The notes under the pieces were generated by a model. It was not told where the DNA came from. It worked only from the letters and a program-made list of their open reading frames with translations, and searched no databases. From Seison nebaliae (lineage: Eukaryota), in the NCBI GenBank assembly GCA_023231475.1, contig JALJEE010002326.1, forward strand, positions 62,001-104,909: a DNA stretch of 42,909 nucleotides, given 5' to 3'. The position numbers and the translations under genes are program-made. This document shows, one piece after another, positions 9,913 to 24,494 of this stretch; position 1 is the first letter of the stretch, and the number at the start of each line of letters is the position of its first letter.

Positions 9913-12900
9913 TCATCTCTTCTTGATCCGTGAACTATTTGCTGGACTTGACTTTATTTGAATTGACGAGATTGATCTGTCAATATTTTTCGAATTTGTC
10001 TGATTATGATTATTGGAATATTCGATTTGTGAACGTACCTTGTAATTCGATGATTGGTCTCCATTTTTAAATTCCAATAATACTGACGATTCATTAAACA
10101 TCTTTGATGGACTGTAGTGTTGATGTTTCGTCTTTTGCCAAACAGAGCCTAATTGATATGGATAATGTATCAATTGTCCATAAGATCTATCGATTTGATC
10201 GAAATCATGATTTGTTTTATTAAACTTACCAATCTCCCTTCCATCAACAATTGAATCATTATGATAACGATTTCCTCTTCCTGTCCCTCCATTACTCAAT
10301 CGACGAGTTTGTTGTGTTATGTTTGTGGGAATTTGATGTGATTGTTGGTTAATTGATCTCTTGGGACTGTGACAAATGGATTGTTTGCTTAGAAACATCT
10401 TTCTCGATGGTCGTGATTCCGATTCAATTCTTGGACGTTTTCCACCATTCTTCTCATTATTCAACCAACATTTTTGTATAATTGCTGTTGATGGTGTTGT
10501 GGGTGGTTGTGCTGGTAACCGTTTTATAAGAGATGATGAAGATGATGATGATATTCTTCCATGATCTCCTTTCATTGTTTGGTTTGGAGTGATGTGATCC
10601 AATTCACATAAGACACTCAACTTCTTTGTCGAAGAGGATGGGGAAATGATTTTTGATGTAGTTACTGGTAGTTGCGTCGTCGTTCTAGATGTTAACGTGG
10701 ACAGTTTAATTTCACTTTTAGACCGGGTCGTTAATGGTGAAATATTATTATCAATCGAATTAGTTTTGCTCTTCCGTCTATTGTTGTTATTATCTATAAT
10801 TTTATTAACATTCGAATTATATTTGAAACTATTTTGCGAATTATTATTATTATTATTATTGTTATTGTGAACATTCGATTTGACTAAATTGTACAAATAA
10901 GAAATCCGTTTCTTTGGCAAGTAACAACATAACATTTGTAGGATACTACTTCGTAATGATCTTAATAATTTCTAAAAAAATTAAATAAAGAATTTTTAAA
11001 AATTATATGAAATTTAAATATGAGAATAAGGAAAACCTGATCTACGTGAAGGAATGTTGTAAAGAATTCTTCCGTCTTACAAAGATGTCCATTTGAGGAG
11101 AATCCCCAAAAATTGCTAAAAAGATCCATATCGAAATAATTGCTGAGAAGTGTATGTTGGAGACAAATGTTCAAATTCTCCTCAAGATCATACATTTGTG
11201 AAATGGCGGAATTGTCGGTGGAGATAGGGACATGAACTGACGCTTTAATCGTCGATTGATCATTCACATTAAATACCATTTGATTGTTTTCTAATAGAAT
11301 ATCATCGTTATTTAATTGCATATCTGACATGTTATCAGTTGATGGAGAGTAGCCTAAATATTTTTGATGGAAATGTGAATTGCTCAATAATTGATTAATA
11401 TTCACACGCTCTTTAAAGAGTTGTTGGAAGATTGTTGCTAATTGTTCTTTTTCGTTTCGTTTCAACATACAATTAATTGATGATTTCGATTGCGATGTAT
11501 CGATCGACTGATTATTACTAATATTGTGACTCTGATGACTATCGAACGAGAAGGACATTTCGGAAGGTACCGATAAATCAGAGAAACCACTATCTTCATC
11601 CACCAAATATTTCGAGACAGCACTCAATGCGGAATGTAAACGAGAATTATCCGTTGTCGTATGTCCAGACCGTGTTGTCGTTCTTATATTGGGATTGGAA
11701 GAAGATGCAGAATTTATTCTTTCCGTATTCTCATCCTCAATTAATTGTTCTTTCAAATATTCATCATTGTCGATAAAATCACTACAACTCTTATTCAGTT
11801 GTTTTAGAATATTTTTGGTTTGACGCAAATCTTGAACTTTATTCAATTTCTTCTTCAATGGCGTTGATGTTGCTGTTGGTTGATTCTGTTCCACATCCTT
11901 AATCAAGAAAGCTTGAAAGAAATTTGGGAATACCAAATTGAAGGCATAGAGAGGTATTCTAGATGTGAAGCACGAATAAATACAAGCCATTGCCAAAATT
12001 GAGGGATTGTAAGAAGAGAATGTGATTTCTATAAGAAAAAATTAAAATTTACATATATTATGCAAAATGAAATTCTAATAAAAAACCGAACCTGTTTTAG
12101 TGAATGTGGCGAGTAGTACACACATCTGTCTCAATATCTCTACACTAGGAAAAAGTGTTTTCTCATTGAAAGTTTCCAAAATATTATGTCGATTCTCTTT
12201 CTTCCTGACGACGTTTTGGAGAAAGAGGAAGATCAACGAATCCAAAAAATCGTAGATTGATGGCGATATCATATCCCAACTGAGAGCATTAGTGATAATC
12301 AATTCCTGATTCTAAAAGAAAATCGTTAGAACAATTTAAAATATAAAACCATCACTAACCAATATATCAGCCAGCTTATAAGTGTTATCAGTATAAGCGA
12401 TCAACTTCAATGCTTTCAATGGAATGACCTGTTTAATTTTTGATGCAACAAACATACAGGTTGCTCCAATTAATTGAAGGAGATCAGTATTGATCTGTGA
12501 ATTCTTTTCGAGATATCGATCGAATATATCAACTGCTAATAGGAAGACTTGTGGTTGACATTTCTCTTCATCGCACACCTTAACAGGTAATATTTATAGG
12601 TTTTTCAAAATAAAATTTTCTAACTTCCATCATCCATGTCGTTACTAATCGTCTCATATATGGTTGAATATTATCTTTATCAGATTGGATATAAGAATGT
12701 TTGAGTGTATAATTGTTTTCAGTCAAGAGTAATTTCTTCAATTTATCTTCTTCTTTCTCTTTCGTTGTCGTTTCATTAACGTGTGTAATTGGTAAGAATT
12801 TAAATGAAGATTTTTTGTTTGATTTTCTTGTTTTCTTTAAATCGTCTTTCAGGAAATACTCACTATTGATATATTCGTTTGTTTCGGGTAAAAAAGTTTT

Positions 12901-13167
12901 GTGTTTATATTTTCCTGAAATTGAGGAGATGGAAGCGGTTGATGATTTTGGAGGAATCTTTGTGTTCTTCTTCTCATGACTCTTATTTGTCCATTTAGGA
13001 GAATCACATAAAATTTTCTCGATATCCACATCTCTTATTCGAGAGATGATCGATGGTTCAGGTTCCGTCACCACTTCCTGTTTTGGTTCATGTTTGCCCA
13101 ATAAAGTTTTGAGATAGTCTAATTCGTTATCAATTTCCACATCGAACGAATTATGCGATTTCGACAT
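9913..13167 (-). CDS. CCND: G1/S-specific cyclin D, greatly expanded (~1010 aa, 5 exons)
   Basis: The cyclin box is D-type: IQPYMRRLVTTWMME|VCDEEKC..FLLAVDIFDRYL..LQLIGATCMFVASKIK..IAYTDN..QELIITNALSWDM. Exons 13167-12625, 12578-12360, 12311-12092, 12028-11037 and 10971-9913 join in frame (3033 nt); introns are 46, 48, 63 and 65 nt. Confidence 0.92.
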
Positions 13168-16100
13168 ATCCTCACATGTGCTCAGCGAATTCGATATTTC
13201 TTATGATGGAATGATATTTCAGTGAAATGGATTACATCAAACAGATTTATCCCAAAAGTGAAGTTTATTTGTCGCAGTTAGCATTGAGTACAAGGAGACG
13301 TACAAATGAATTGAATGAAAGATTAAAATTTAAGGGAAAACTACTAGTACACTCTGTATGAGGGAATCTGTGGCAGGAGAAATAGAAGATTGGTTAGCCA
13401 TAAGTTATTGACAAATAGCTATGAGTAATATATTAATAAATGCCTTCATAATGTCAATATATTGGAGCAGATCTCATCAATAAAACTCAAGTAGTTCGGA
13501 AGAAAGTTATCGTGAAAAGACGGACAAATATTATTTTTCTGATATTTCTTTTCTGAATCTTCTTTGTAACATATTAGGAATATCCTAACAAATATGAAAA
13601 AATATAAATATTTTGTAGAAAATAGTTTGTTTCTTTTTTTAAAAACAAATAGAACCGACTTAAGTAGCTGTTCAATTGTTTCAGCTTATTCACGGCTAAA
13701 TTTTTCTCCAATATTGGAATAGAGACTTAATCTAAATATTTAGAAAAATATGTCTGTCGAATTACACATTCCAATTTACAATCACTACAAATCATATCGA
13801 TTATTATGCCGATGAGTATTCGAAGGAATTCTCCCAATAAATTTTCGAACTCAATTCCCCATCATAAGATAACTGGACGACTACTAGTACTATTTCCAGT
13901 AGTTGTGGAAGAACTATTCAATGAATAGTATTCATCGATTAATTAAAAATAATTATAAAGAAATTTCGAGAATCGTGAAAGAATTTCCACAAAAGGAAAA
14001 GTAATTTCTATTCTTCTCAACGATTATTAGTCGTTGAAATAAGAGGAGAAATAAGAGGCAAATCGAGTAAAGAATAACATAGTTGCCTCGCGGCTCTCAA
14101 TCTTTAGTAAACGCGCAACTGTACTCTGATCGGATTATGTGCCTGCCAGCTGCTCTGACATACATATTCAATGAATCTGAACTCGATCTGTTTAATTATG
14201 AGGAATGATGGAAAGAAAAAAATGGTTTTTTTCTTCATAAGAAAATTTGTGATTTGTGAATATATTTGCCTCCAAACGGTTAGTATCTTAATATGCTTCT
14301 GTTTGTCTAATAATGTCAACCGAGAAGTTTTTTTCATTATCATCTAAACAATTTTTTTCGTTATCAGGCAATTCAATTTTACCGTTTAGTTCAATCGTTA
14401 ACAGTTGCCACTATAATAACGTTAACTGTTAAGAGATTGATTAGTTTTAGGGATTAACCATGTCAAAAAGAAAGAAAGAATGACTAAGCAATAAAGAGTA
14501 GTAAAGTGGAGTTGAGGGATCGCTTCTATTATCAGAAGATTAGTTCTTTACAGTTATTAACGGTGCACTTATCTACATAACAGGAAAGTGTCAAATGGAA
14601 TATTGAATGTTCTTTATTACCTGCCTTCTTCGTCGTCGGTTGTACATGAAGAGGTGAGTGCTAACACCGATTAAATAGAAAGCGGTAAAATAAAATAGGA
14701 AAGGATCCTAATAAATTTTAGAGTTGTAAAAAAAATCTTTTTTTTTTATTATTTTTTTCAACAACTTCGTCCTTTTTTCAGACGATAATTAATAGGAATG
14801 AAAAATCTATTCCGCTTTGTCAACAATTATTTCCCTTCAATTCATTCTCCCTAACCAATAAAATGCTACATGCTCTGATTTGAGTTATTCGTAAAGGTTT
14901 TCCTCCCCTTACCATTAAGCTAGAAACCACTTAAACAAGTCGCGAAACCTTGAAATTACGACAATGGGATCAATCGAAAGCCATCACAACTTCACATAAC
15001 AAATCATACGAAATTCTTTGACAGAACTTTAAAACTTCGAATATCCAATTATACTTCCGAACTATTGAGTTACGTCAAACGGAAGTTAGCTCCTTTAACA
15101 AAAAAAATCAATTTATTCCCACCTCAATAATCTGTAAATTGCTAATTTAGAAGGAAGGATTTGGAAACTTTCCTCTAATCATCAAATTCTTCATATTATC
15201 AAATAAGACATTGGATAACATCTTAATAAAGGAAAATGAAATGAGGGAATTGAGGAGACTAAATGAGAAAATTGAATTTAAATTTTGAAGACTGATATAA
15301 AGAAGAATGAGAGTGAATTGGAATGAATGGAAATGGAACGGTTGGAGGATTAGGATGAGATGAGATATGTTATTTAGCAGACTTGAAAGGAATGGAAAAT
15401 AAAAGTGAAAAATTGAATGAACTGAGAATTGTTATTGGAATGATTGAATGTGTTTCATTGAAATCATATGAAATTACATCTGCAAAACTAAACGAAGCGA
15501 ATAAAAACGAACTTGACTATAGCGACGAGCGAGAACGAAGTAATTTGTTTATTTGAAATATTATTTTCGAGATACCGATTAGTGTGAGGAAGCAAACGTT
15601 CCGAAATAAATCTTCTAATAATCGTCGATACTTCTGCTTCTGTTGCTGCTGATGATGACATTCAATTCATTCAAGTGTGAATAAAAGTGAATTGGTATGG
15701 AATATATACATTTTTGAAAGAATTCCTAAGAGTTCTCTCATAAAATGAGACCAATCCGAGTATATATCGCCGATTAATTTGCTTAAATAAAATATGCCGA
15801 CATTATTCATTTGAAGAAGTGTACGTATATGTGGCAATCCGTTCTCTAAATACATGTGCGGCACAACCAAACAACCAAAAGAAACAGAATAAGCAAAGAA
15901 CGAACTGGATAGTTCAATGGAGAAGGAATTAAATATTTTCTCTTCCAACGATATGGAAACGATTCGAATTATTTTAATATCATTAAAATCTTTCGCGTAA
16001 TATGAGTCAACCTAATAATCGTTCTTAGATAACCAACCTATTTCTTTCCATCTACTTCACAAACGACTCACTCTTCTTCTTCGAATCAGTTATATTCGGT

Positions 16101-19100
16101 CAGATTACGATTCAAAATTCTTCCCCCTTAAATTCCTTTAACATTCTGATTACTTTATGACTGAACTAAATAGGTTTTGTAAATTGTTGTTGAAATTCTT
16201 TTAATAAAATGAAAAAAAGAATTTCGAACTAGATTACTTCATGTTCTCCTCATACGAAACGGTAAAACGGTCACTTTTCTAAAGTAAAATAAAAAGTTCG
16301 ACTAATAAAATTAACAGAAATTGATGCAAACCACAACAATGTTATTTCTTGACATGTTAATACGCAATATAATTTAATAACCAATTGAATTCGAGCGGGA
16401 ATGGGAGACATATACGATCTTTAAAGGTCAGATGTCGTGGTGAATTATTTTGATGGAACGCAGCATGTATCATGAATGAAATCGTAAATTATTAATACTT
16501 CCTTTTCTATCAGGTTGTGGTTGACGGATAGTACGGTTCGATAAGAAAGAACGAAGTACCTGTAGGATGTTTCGATAATCTTTCTCCTTTCGAATATCAG
16601 CAGATATTAAATGAAATGAAATAACGAGACATTTAATGGAACCATTTAACTGGTCGGCAAATAGTTGGTCGGGAATGGAAGTGAAGTTGAAAATGAAAAA
16701 AATAAACATCGTACAATTTTGACGAATTTGGGAAGACTCTCTAAGAAGGAACTTTATTAGACTCGTTTAAGAAATATTTTTATGAAAATAAAAATTTCCT
16801 TCCTCACAATAGTTACCTAGACGTTTACCAACGACTACTTTTTGGTAAACGGTTAGATGAAGGAAGTTATGACAATTATTCTTTTTTCAATTAGTGGAAG
16901 GTCAGTTTGTTTGGAGGAAAAAGAACGGGAATTTATTTATTTTTCTCATACTTATTGATTATTGGAAGTCAAAATAATTGACCAAACAAACAACAATAAC
17001 AAGAGAACTATTATCAGAATCTAACTACTCAATTGAATTTATTAGAGTATCCGAACTAAATATGGGAACTTGAATAATTAAATAAATAAGTTTGTTTACT
17101 TCCGTCTATTCAATGAAATAATGGTACTAGTTGAAAATATAAATTCTACACGAACATTTAATAGAAACTTTTAAACAGTAATAGTTGGAGTAAAGGAAAA
17201 ATGTGATTTTGAAGTCGAATGATCTTCCTCACGATCTGAATGAAATTGAAAAACATTTGAAAACGAAATCCAAATGTTCATATTATTATTTTTGTGGGAT
17301 TCTCTTGTTGTTATTGTTTTGACGAGAGAGAGAAGAAATAATGATGGAATGGAGGAACTAAGAAAGAAAGTATAATAAAAGACGAAATGGCGATCATGTG
17401 GTATTTTTACAGGTCCGTTCGGAATTGCTTCAATGTCTGCTTAATGACGGATACATAATCATCCGACAATCCTCATTCAACTTTCTGTTCGCGACGAATG
17501 AATAAAATTACGAAAAAGAAAAAATGGGAAATTTGGTTACGACGACGAAGAAAATATTGAGAAAACGGATGAAAACTATGAGATTCATCTGGACACTGTT
17601 ACACAATTTTTGCGTTAAACTGTTAGGTTAAAATCCTGCCAAGGATTTATTATTCTCGTTTCTAACAAACGACATTTGTAGACTTTCTTCTTTCCAAAGA
17701 ATTATATAATAAACTTTCGTTACAAAATTCGAGTTTTCTCTTTAGTCATCAATTGTTTAATGTTCTTTGGAGAATGAAGAACATTTTGGGGAAAAAAATG
17801 GAAATACAATATAGATGAAAGATCGTATTCCATTGAACCTTACTTGGGAGACGGGAGAATATGTATAATTTGGAGACGAAGAAGGCAAATTTCCTGTCGC
17901 CCCATTCAAAATATTTTAAAAGATGAAAAGTTTATTGATTTTAAGGATGCATATTATGCTTGATTTATTCCCCAAATTATTAATACTTCATTTTTATAGG
18001 AACAAGTAAATTAGTGGGGGGTAAACCAATGTGCTGCTCCCTCTAATTCGTCTTCCTCTTAAACATTTGCTCCATCATTTGAACTTGATTTCCTTTCCAG
18101 AACAAGTTGGAGGAAACGAGATAAATATATAATTTTAACTTGATAATTTGAATGAGACTAATTGGATTTGAGGCGAAAGAAAATCTCTGAAAACAGTCGT
18201 GTTGGAAAGTTATGAATTTTACATGAAAACATTTGAGAAATTAGTTGGGGAATGACTTTATTCTTCCTTTTCAAGAGTGGAAGTTTAAGAAAACCGATTA
18301 ATTGATTAATCGCTTGTTGATGAGAGACCGCAATGCAATATTTCACTTGCGGCAAATGGAAAAGAATTAACGCTATCGATGAGTTCTTCTGAAAATTTTC
18401 CTACGATATCGGCATTCTCTCTCCTCTACAATAACATTCGTTTATAAATTGCTAATGGCATCATTCGACATTCTTAGTACGATTGCCCACCTGCCACGAA
18501 CACGTGATCAATCTGTTCGACTTCCAAAAAAAATTAAAGTTTGAAAATATTCGAAAAAATTTTTTTTAAACCGAAAAAATTTTTAAAAAATTTACAATTT
18601 TTTTGTGGCATTTATGAGTCTAATAAAATTAATAAGTTCTCTTTGGAATTTTAACAATTCTACAATTCCTACAAAGTAAAAAAAGATTAGTAGACGAAAA
18701 AGTCACTTGGACGTATTATTCAAAATTTATGGTTAAGTCAAGGAAGCGACCAGTTGAATTGCACAAGGAAAGAAAGTTTTAGAGAAGAAGAATAAATAGC
18801 TGCCTAAAACTTATGTCACTCAATTGCATATCTTTCCTTAAATTAAGACTTCATTTTCACCTTCCTACTTATAATACACTCTCGTTAATGAAAATTAATA
18901 TTTTTCATTGGTTCAAGAAAGACTGGTGAAGAAAATTACATAATAATATTTATAAGAATGATTGAGAGTGTCAAAAGTTATTCTCAATAACTTCCTTTCT
19001 TCTTATCTAACTTTCTCGAAATTTCTAATGGATTAATCTCATTTTTATTTTGTCATGTTATCGAACAAGTTCGAAATTTCACTCTAATCTTCAAACTCTC

Positions 19101-22100
19101 TTTCTTTCACTCTTCTGGTAAGTTATTTTCTTTTAAATTAATACTATTTTCATAAATTGAATATTGATCGAAGCATTAAATGTGAGACGAAACTTAAGAT
19201 ACCGTAAAAATTGAGGAATAAGAGAAACTTATGAATCATTTTCTTATATGTACTAATCCGAAAATTTCTATTGGTAACAAGGATTATAGTAGAAATATAT
19301 TATGTAAATCATTATGCATTCCATTTTATTCTTAGCCTTTCTCGTCCCCACCAGAATGTGCTGAACAGTTTGCTGAAAAAGAGAATTTTCTTTCGACATT
19401 GTGGACGTTTAAGGAGAAGATGTGTCGAAGACCACTCGCAAGTGTGTAATGTCGGCAATTATTGTAGAATGGAAATGTTGAAAGACGAAATAATATTCCG
19501 AATGCTATTGTCCGTATTTGTCCCTTCATTAACTAATGAGAGTTTATTGGAAGGAATGTGAAAGTAGAAATATTTGTATAGGAACAAAAAAGGAAAAAGT
19601 TTAAGAAAATTCATAATATTCTTCAAATGCGTATCTGCTGACCATGGCAACAAGAGAAGTAATGAAGCGTTTCTACATAAAATTGGTGACCACAATGGAA
19701 TGTCGATATAGACAGTAATCATTTAACAATTGTATTGGAATGATGAAAAGTCTCAATATTATTCTTATTGAACTCTACCTCTTTTTTTCACACCAATTCG
19801 TCATCATTAAACATATATTAACAAAATACTCGGAGAACATTCTTTCGTATTTATTCCTCTCAATGAAAGTTTTCGTGAACGATTCCACATAAAACTAATT
19901 TTATCAAACTTACTAATTATGAAACATTATCATCAACAGCCAATATCGAATATCATCAAATCTAGCTACAATTTATACAATGTATACTAAAAAATTTTGA
20001 GGTGAACTATGAAAATCGAATTGTACCTTAATAGTCGATAAATAGTCGATATGTTCTTTACAATATCTTTCGCATAATTAATTTTTATGGTAATGATTGT
20101 GCATTAGATATTGATGCAGCACGGTTGAAGAAAGGAAGAAGGGGAAGCACGAATGAAGCCAAATTAAGCGATTTTAATGGTCTTCAATTTTAATCAAGTT
20201 CTCTCTAATATCATCACTGTCAATCTTTGGCATATCGTCATTAATGGAATTATTTTGAATGATACTTTTCCCATCGTCATTTTCTGGGAGCCACCATCAG
20301 ACCTATCAGTGGCTAAGACATGTGACATTTTTTAAAAGAACATTTCTTGTGTATTGAAACAAATGGAAATGGTGATGTTCTCGTCATGATCGGTTTCGTT
20401 TTCGTGATGATATGATTGTTGATGAAGCGTTAATATACTTCCGGAAAATGATGCAAAATAAATTCCTGAATAAAATCACAACATTATGAGCATTTTAATG
20501 TGAAAGTTCTAAATTGTTTTCTTTTTTTTTTCGTTAATAGAAATGAGAAATGTTCTCAAAATTTTTCTCATTTTCATTCTCAATTACTTACCACATTTGC
20601 ACTATCTCTGCAACGTAGACTGACAAATAATATGGTTTCTTTCAAAAATAAATGTCAACAGTTGTCAATGGACATGCCTATAGGACAACTAGTTGCGGTA
20701 TTTGCATGTAATACATGTGATGGAGAAATCGGTGAGAAATTAAAATGAACGAAAGAAAGTTACCGTAAGAAATTATTAGATTCCGTTCTAATCAACACCA
20801 ACTTCACGGAAATACATAAACTTCGTACAAACAACTTCGGTTCATATGTGGAAGGAACTGCTCATTTCCTCTTATAACATATTGAGCGAAGTAATCGCCA
20901 GATATGTCATCGATCATATTTTTCTTTCAATTTTCTCCTGATTCTTACTATCGTTCCACGCAGGAAATGGTACAATAGTGGACAATTAAATTGAATTATT
21001 ATTCTTTCTTCTCTTCCACATCTATCCGAACTAGTCACCATTAAAAATATTAAATGAAATCATATTCAATTTCATTACATTCTCTTCCAAAACCACCAAT
21101 GGTGATCTCTTACATAACTTTCGTCACAATTCAAATGAGAATGGACGGAAGTTTCGCATTTATGATAAGAAAATTCAATTTTGTGATGTAATCACATCTA
21201 GTGGAGTGATCAGAGTGTTAAATAAAAAATCATCAATGCAATTCCTCCATTTTCCCTAACAATTCCAATATATTTCTGGTGAGTTTTTCATCTCCCTTCA
21301 AATGAAATGGTCGAAGCTTATTTCTAATATAAAACTTAATAAATCTTATTTCGATTTTCAAGTTTATCATCCAATTTGGACCTTCATAACGAATTCCAAT
21401 AAAATATATATTATATCATAATACTTAAATTATAATACTCATGAAAACTGAATTTTTTTTCGTTTTGTTGTTACTACTTTTGTGTATTATAATAACTGAA
21501 AAATTTAAAGTTCACTTATAAACATTTTTATAAAAATGTTGAGACAAAAAAATTATTTATCGCATTGAAACATTAAAATGAATTTCATTCTTTTGTCAAA
21601 TTATTATAATTTAACATTTTTAATTTATAAAGAATGTTAATTTAATAAACTTTAATGAAAAATGAAAAGAAAATGGAAAATTCGTGCAAATTGGAAATTC
21701 TATAATTTTCGATTATTTTAATGATAATAATAATTATAAAAAAATTACATTGGAAAATAAATTCATGCAGTTATTATACAAATGAAGTTGTAAGAGAGGA
21801 TAAATAATTAGTTTCACGTCCACTCCCTGACACTTGGGGTTAAGAGAAAGATATTGATAGGAAATGTGTTACGTATGATGGCCGTATATTGTAAGAGAGA
21901 GGAATGATGGTTGAGGTACGGTAATTGAAGAAACATGAAATTATCAATGTGGTTACGCATGTTCCCTACGACACAATGACCAATAATTGTTTACATATTT
22001 ACGTCAATCAACGTTGTGGTATGTGCATGTTCCTTTGGACCGATAGCGATATGATGCCATCCAATAATCAAGCACAAAAGAGGCAGAATAATAAGAATAA

Positions 22101-23556
22101 TTAGTGGAGAAGAATAACCATCGAGCTAACAAGAATGAGCAAGAGAATTAAGTGAAGAACAAAGAGAACTATATAATTACCAAATGGCTACTAATAAGAG
22201 AGATGAATTATTCGAAGAATAATAAAGGGAATTGTGGAGAATATCACCATATTACATGAAATCGAATGTACTTTGGGATACCTAACCATATTCATATAAG
22301 ATCGTGCATTGCACACCAATAGCAATAGGGCGGAGAGACTGATTGAACATAAACAATAATTTCACTAATAAACAAATTACTTCTTCTCTTATTCGAACTC
22401 GATTATTAGGAATATGAGACATCGATTTTGGAAAAGAATCAAAAATTTTATTAACAATTTTACCTGATACATCTAAACTGGCACATTTCTTATCATGAAT
22501 AATTATTACCGAAAAAAAATTTTCGAAATTTCTTCCATCATGTTTTAATTGGAAATTATTCGTTAAAATGTTTCCAATTATTTTTCTCGAATTCGATAAG
22601 AATTTTCATTTTTGAAGAAAAGTTTTTTTTCTTTTAAAGAATTTTAAGATGTTTCACCTCTCACTTATTTATTGGGAGGAAAGGAGTTACAAAACTGCCT
22701 TCACTACCATACTCACACCAATGTCCAGTCACCTATGCCCGATGTTGTGTACGTGTATATGGAATAATAATCAACTTGTCTCTGTAAATGAATGAATAAT
22801 TTGAAGGAATATTACTAATAAAAATGAGTATTTTTCGTCTCCTGTGTAAATGTTGACATTGCGGTTGTTCTTTCGATTCTCCTTTCGTACCAGAATTACC
22901 TACTTGTCGCTACTGTTCTATTTATTCTTCTCCTACACTTATATTAGCAGATGAAATACGGACAAGATTACATATGTTTCCCTAATTCCTTTACGTATAT
23001 TTTCCTTTAATTCGCAACATTTATTGATAGAATTGAATTGTATAAATGACTCGATAATAACGGGGGGCGAGTGAGGAATAGTGAGAGAAAGTAGAACTGG
23101 AGGTGAATTGCCTTCAAGTTGATGAACTCTTTTCAATTTCACCAATCATTATCAATTGGTCTTTGAAATTGAAAGAGAATATGGATGTCTAGGGATCCTT
23201 TCCTTCCACATAACATGAACAGAAGATATGAGCATTAATTGACGAACCTGTTTAGTTTTTCGTTTAGTAATGAAGAATAAAAAATTGTTTTATTCGGCTT
23301 CTTTATACTGAAATAACTTTCTCCTTTCACAGGTCAAGTATCAGACTAGCAGAATTGAAGCCACTTAAACGTATTATGTGGAATAGAAGAATGTTCCAAG
23401 AAACTAATTCTAATGGAAATTCTCTAATTCTGATGATCTTCCTCGTATTTTATGAAATGGAGATTTTTACGACATTTTTATTTTGTCTAACTATTTCAGT
23501 TTAGCCATCGGCTGATGGATATGGATAGAATGAGAAATAATGAAGAAAAGAAATAT

Positions 23557-24494
23557 TTATCGATAATTCTTCTTCGATGAATGGTTGCTTGAATGATTGT
23601 GTTCGAGATTGCTTGAATTTAATTCATTTTTCATATTTTCATGTTTCTCGCGATACTCCGAATTCTTCGGATAAGAATATTCGTTGTGATATGGACGAGT
23701 AGAACGCTTGGATGTTTGATCTGTTGGATCCATAAGTTTCGTTCCATCATCATCTGATTTCTCTTTCAACTGTCAAAAAAGGAAAATGATAGAGAAAGAG
23801 ATTTGGAGAAAAGAAAAACTGATCGAGTTTTCGGTGTGACATTAACTAATAGAGCCGTTACATCAGGTGGCAATGCTTTCAATCGCTGTTTGACAGCACG
23901 ATATCGATCATAAATATTTTTCATTATATCTCGATCCAATTTCGTCGTCTAAATTTGAATATTTAAAATTTAATTATTTAAATTTATAAAATTGAAACTG
24001 GTCGACCATATTTGTTTTCATAATTCAATAATTCTTCTTGCATCTGACTCTTCTCCATCGCTATCTCCACACGTGACATCTCATCCAAATTATATGACCG
24101 TCCTTTCATCTTTTGAAAAAATCAAATAAAATTATAAATAATTAAATGTTATAACAACTCGTTTCTTGTGTAAACGTTGAATCATTCCGTTCAAAAATTC
24201 CGTTAACTCGTTACATCGTTGTGGGTCGTCATATCGTCGATTATTTATGATATTATTATTATTGCTATTATTGTTATTGGGATTAGAGCAATTATGGGGA
24301 CTTTCATTCATTCGTTTAGTATTTGAGGATCTTGAAGATGATTTTCTTTCATTGTCACTTGTTAATGTTAATGAGTCGTTGCGTGAATGAGAAATTATAC
24401 AATTCGTATCATAATTCGGCCAGATACTTTCATTGTTCTTCCAAATATATGTGTCGATTGCATCCTGAATATAGTCGTTGAGTAATCCTGTCAT
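23557..24494 (-). CDS. FAM13: FAM13-family protein (~262 aa, 4 exons), no RhoGAP domain
   Basis: Spliced sequence LHKKR|MKGRSYNLDEMSRVEIAMEKSQMQEELLNYENKYGRP|TTKLDRDIMKNIYDRYRAVKQRL matches, from recall, the FAM13 conserved block (EK..LQK.LL.YE..HGRP.TK..R..MKPLYDRYR.VKQ.L). Exons 24494-24159, 24109-23999, 23948-23820, 23769-23557; introns 49, 50 and 50 nt. Confidence 0.85.

Noticed and set aside
20670..20679. GGACATGCCT, a p53-type half-site
   Set aside because: Only one good half-site; expected by chance in 43 kb.
14104..23145. Short 60-100 aa ORFs in the cyclin D upstream tract
   Set aside because: F/I/L/S/K-biased translations typical of AT-rich non-coding DNA; they could not be spliced into a coherent frame.
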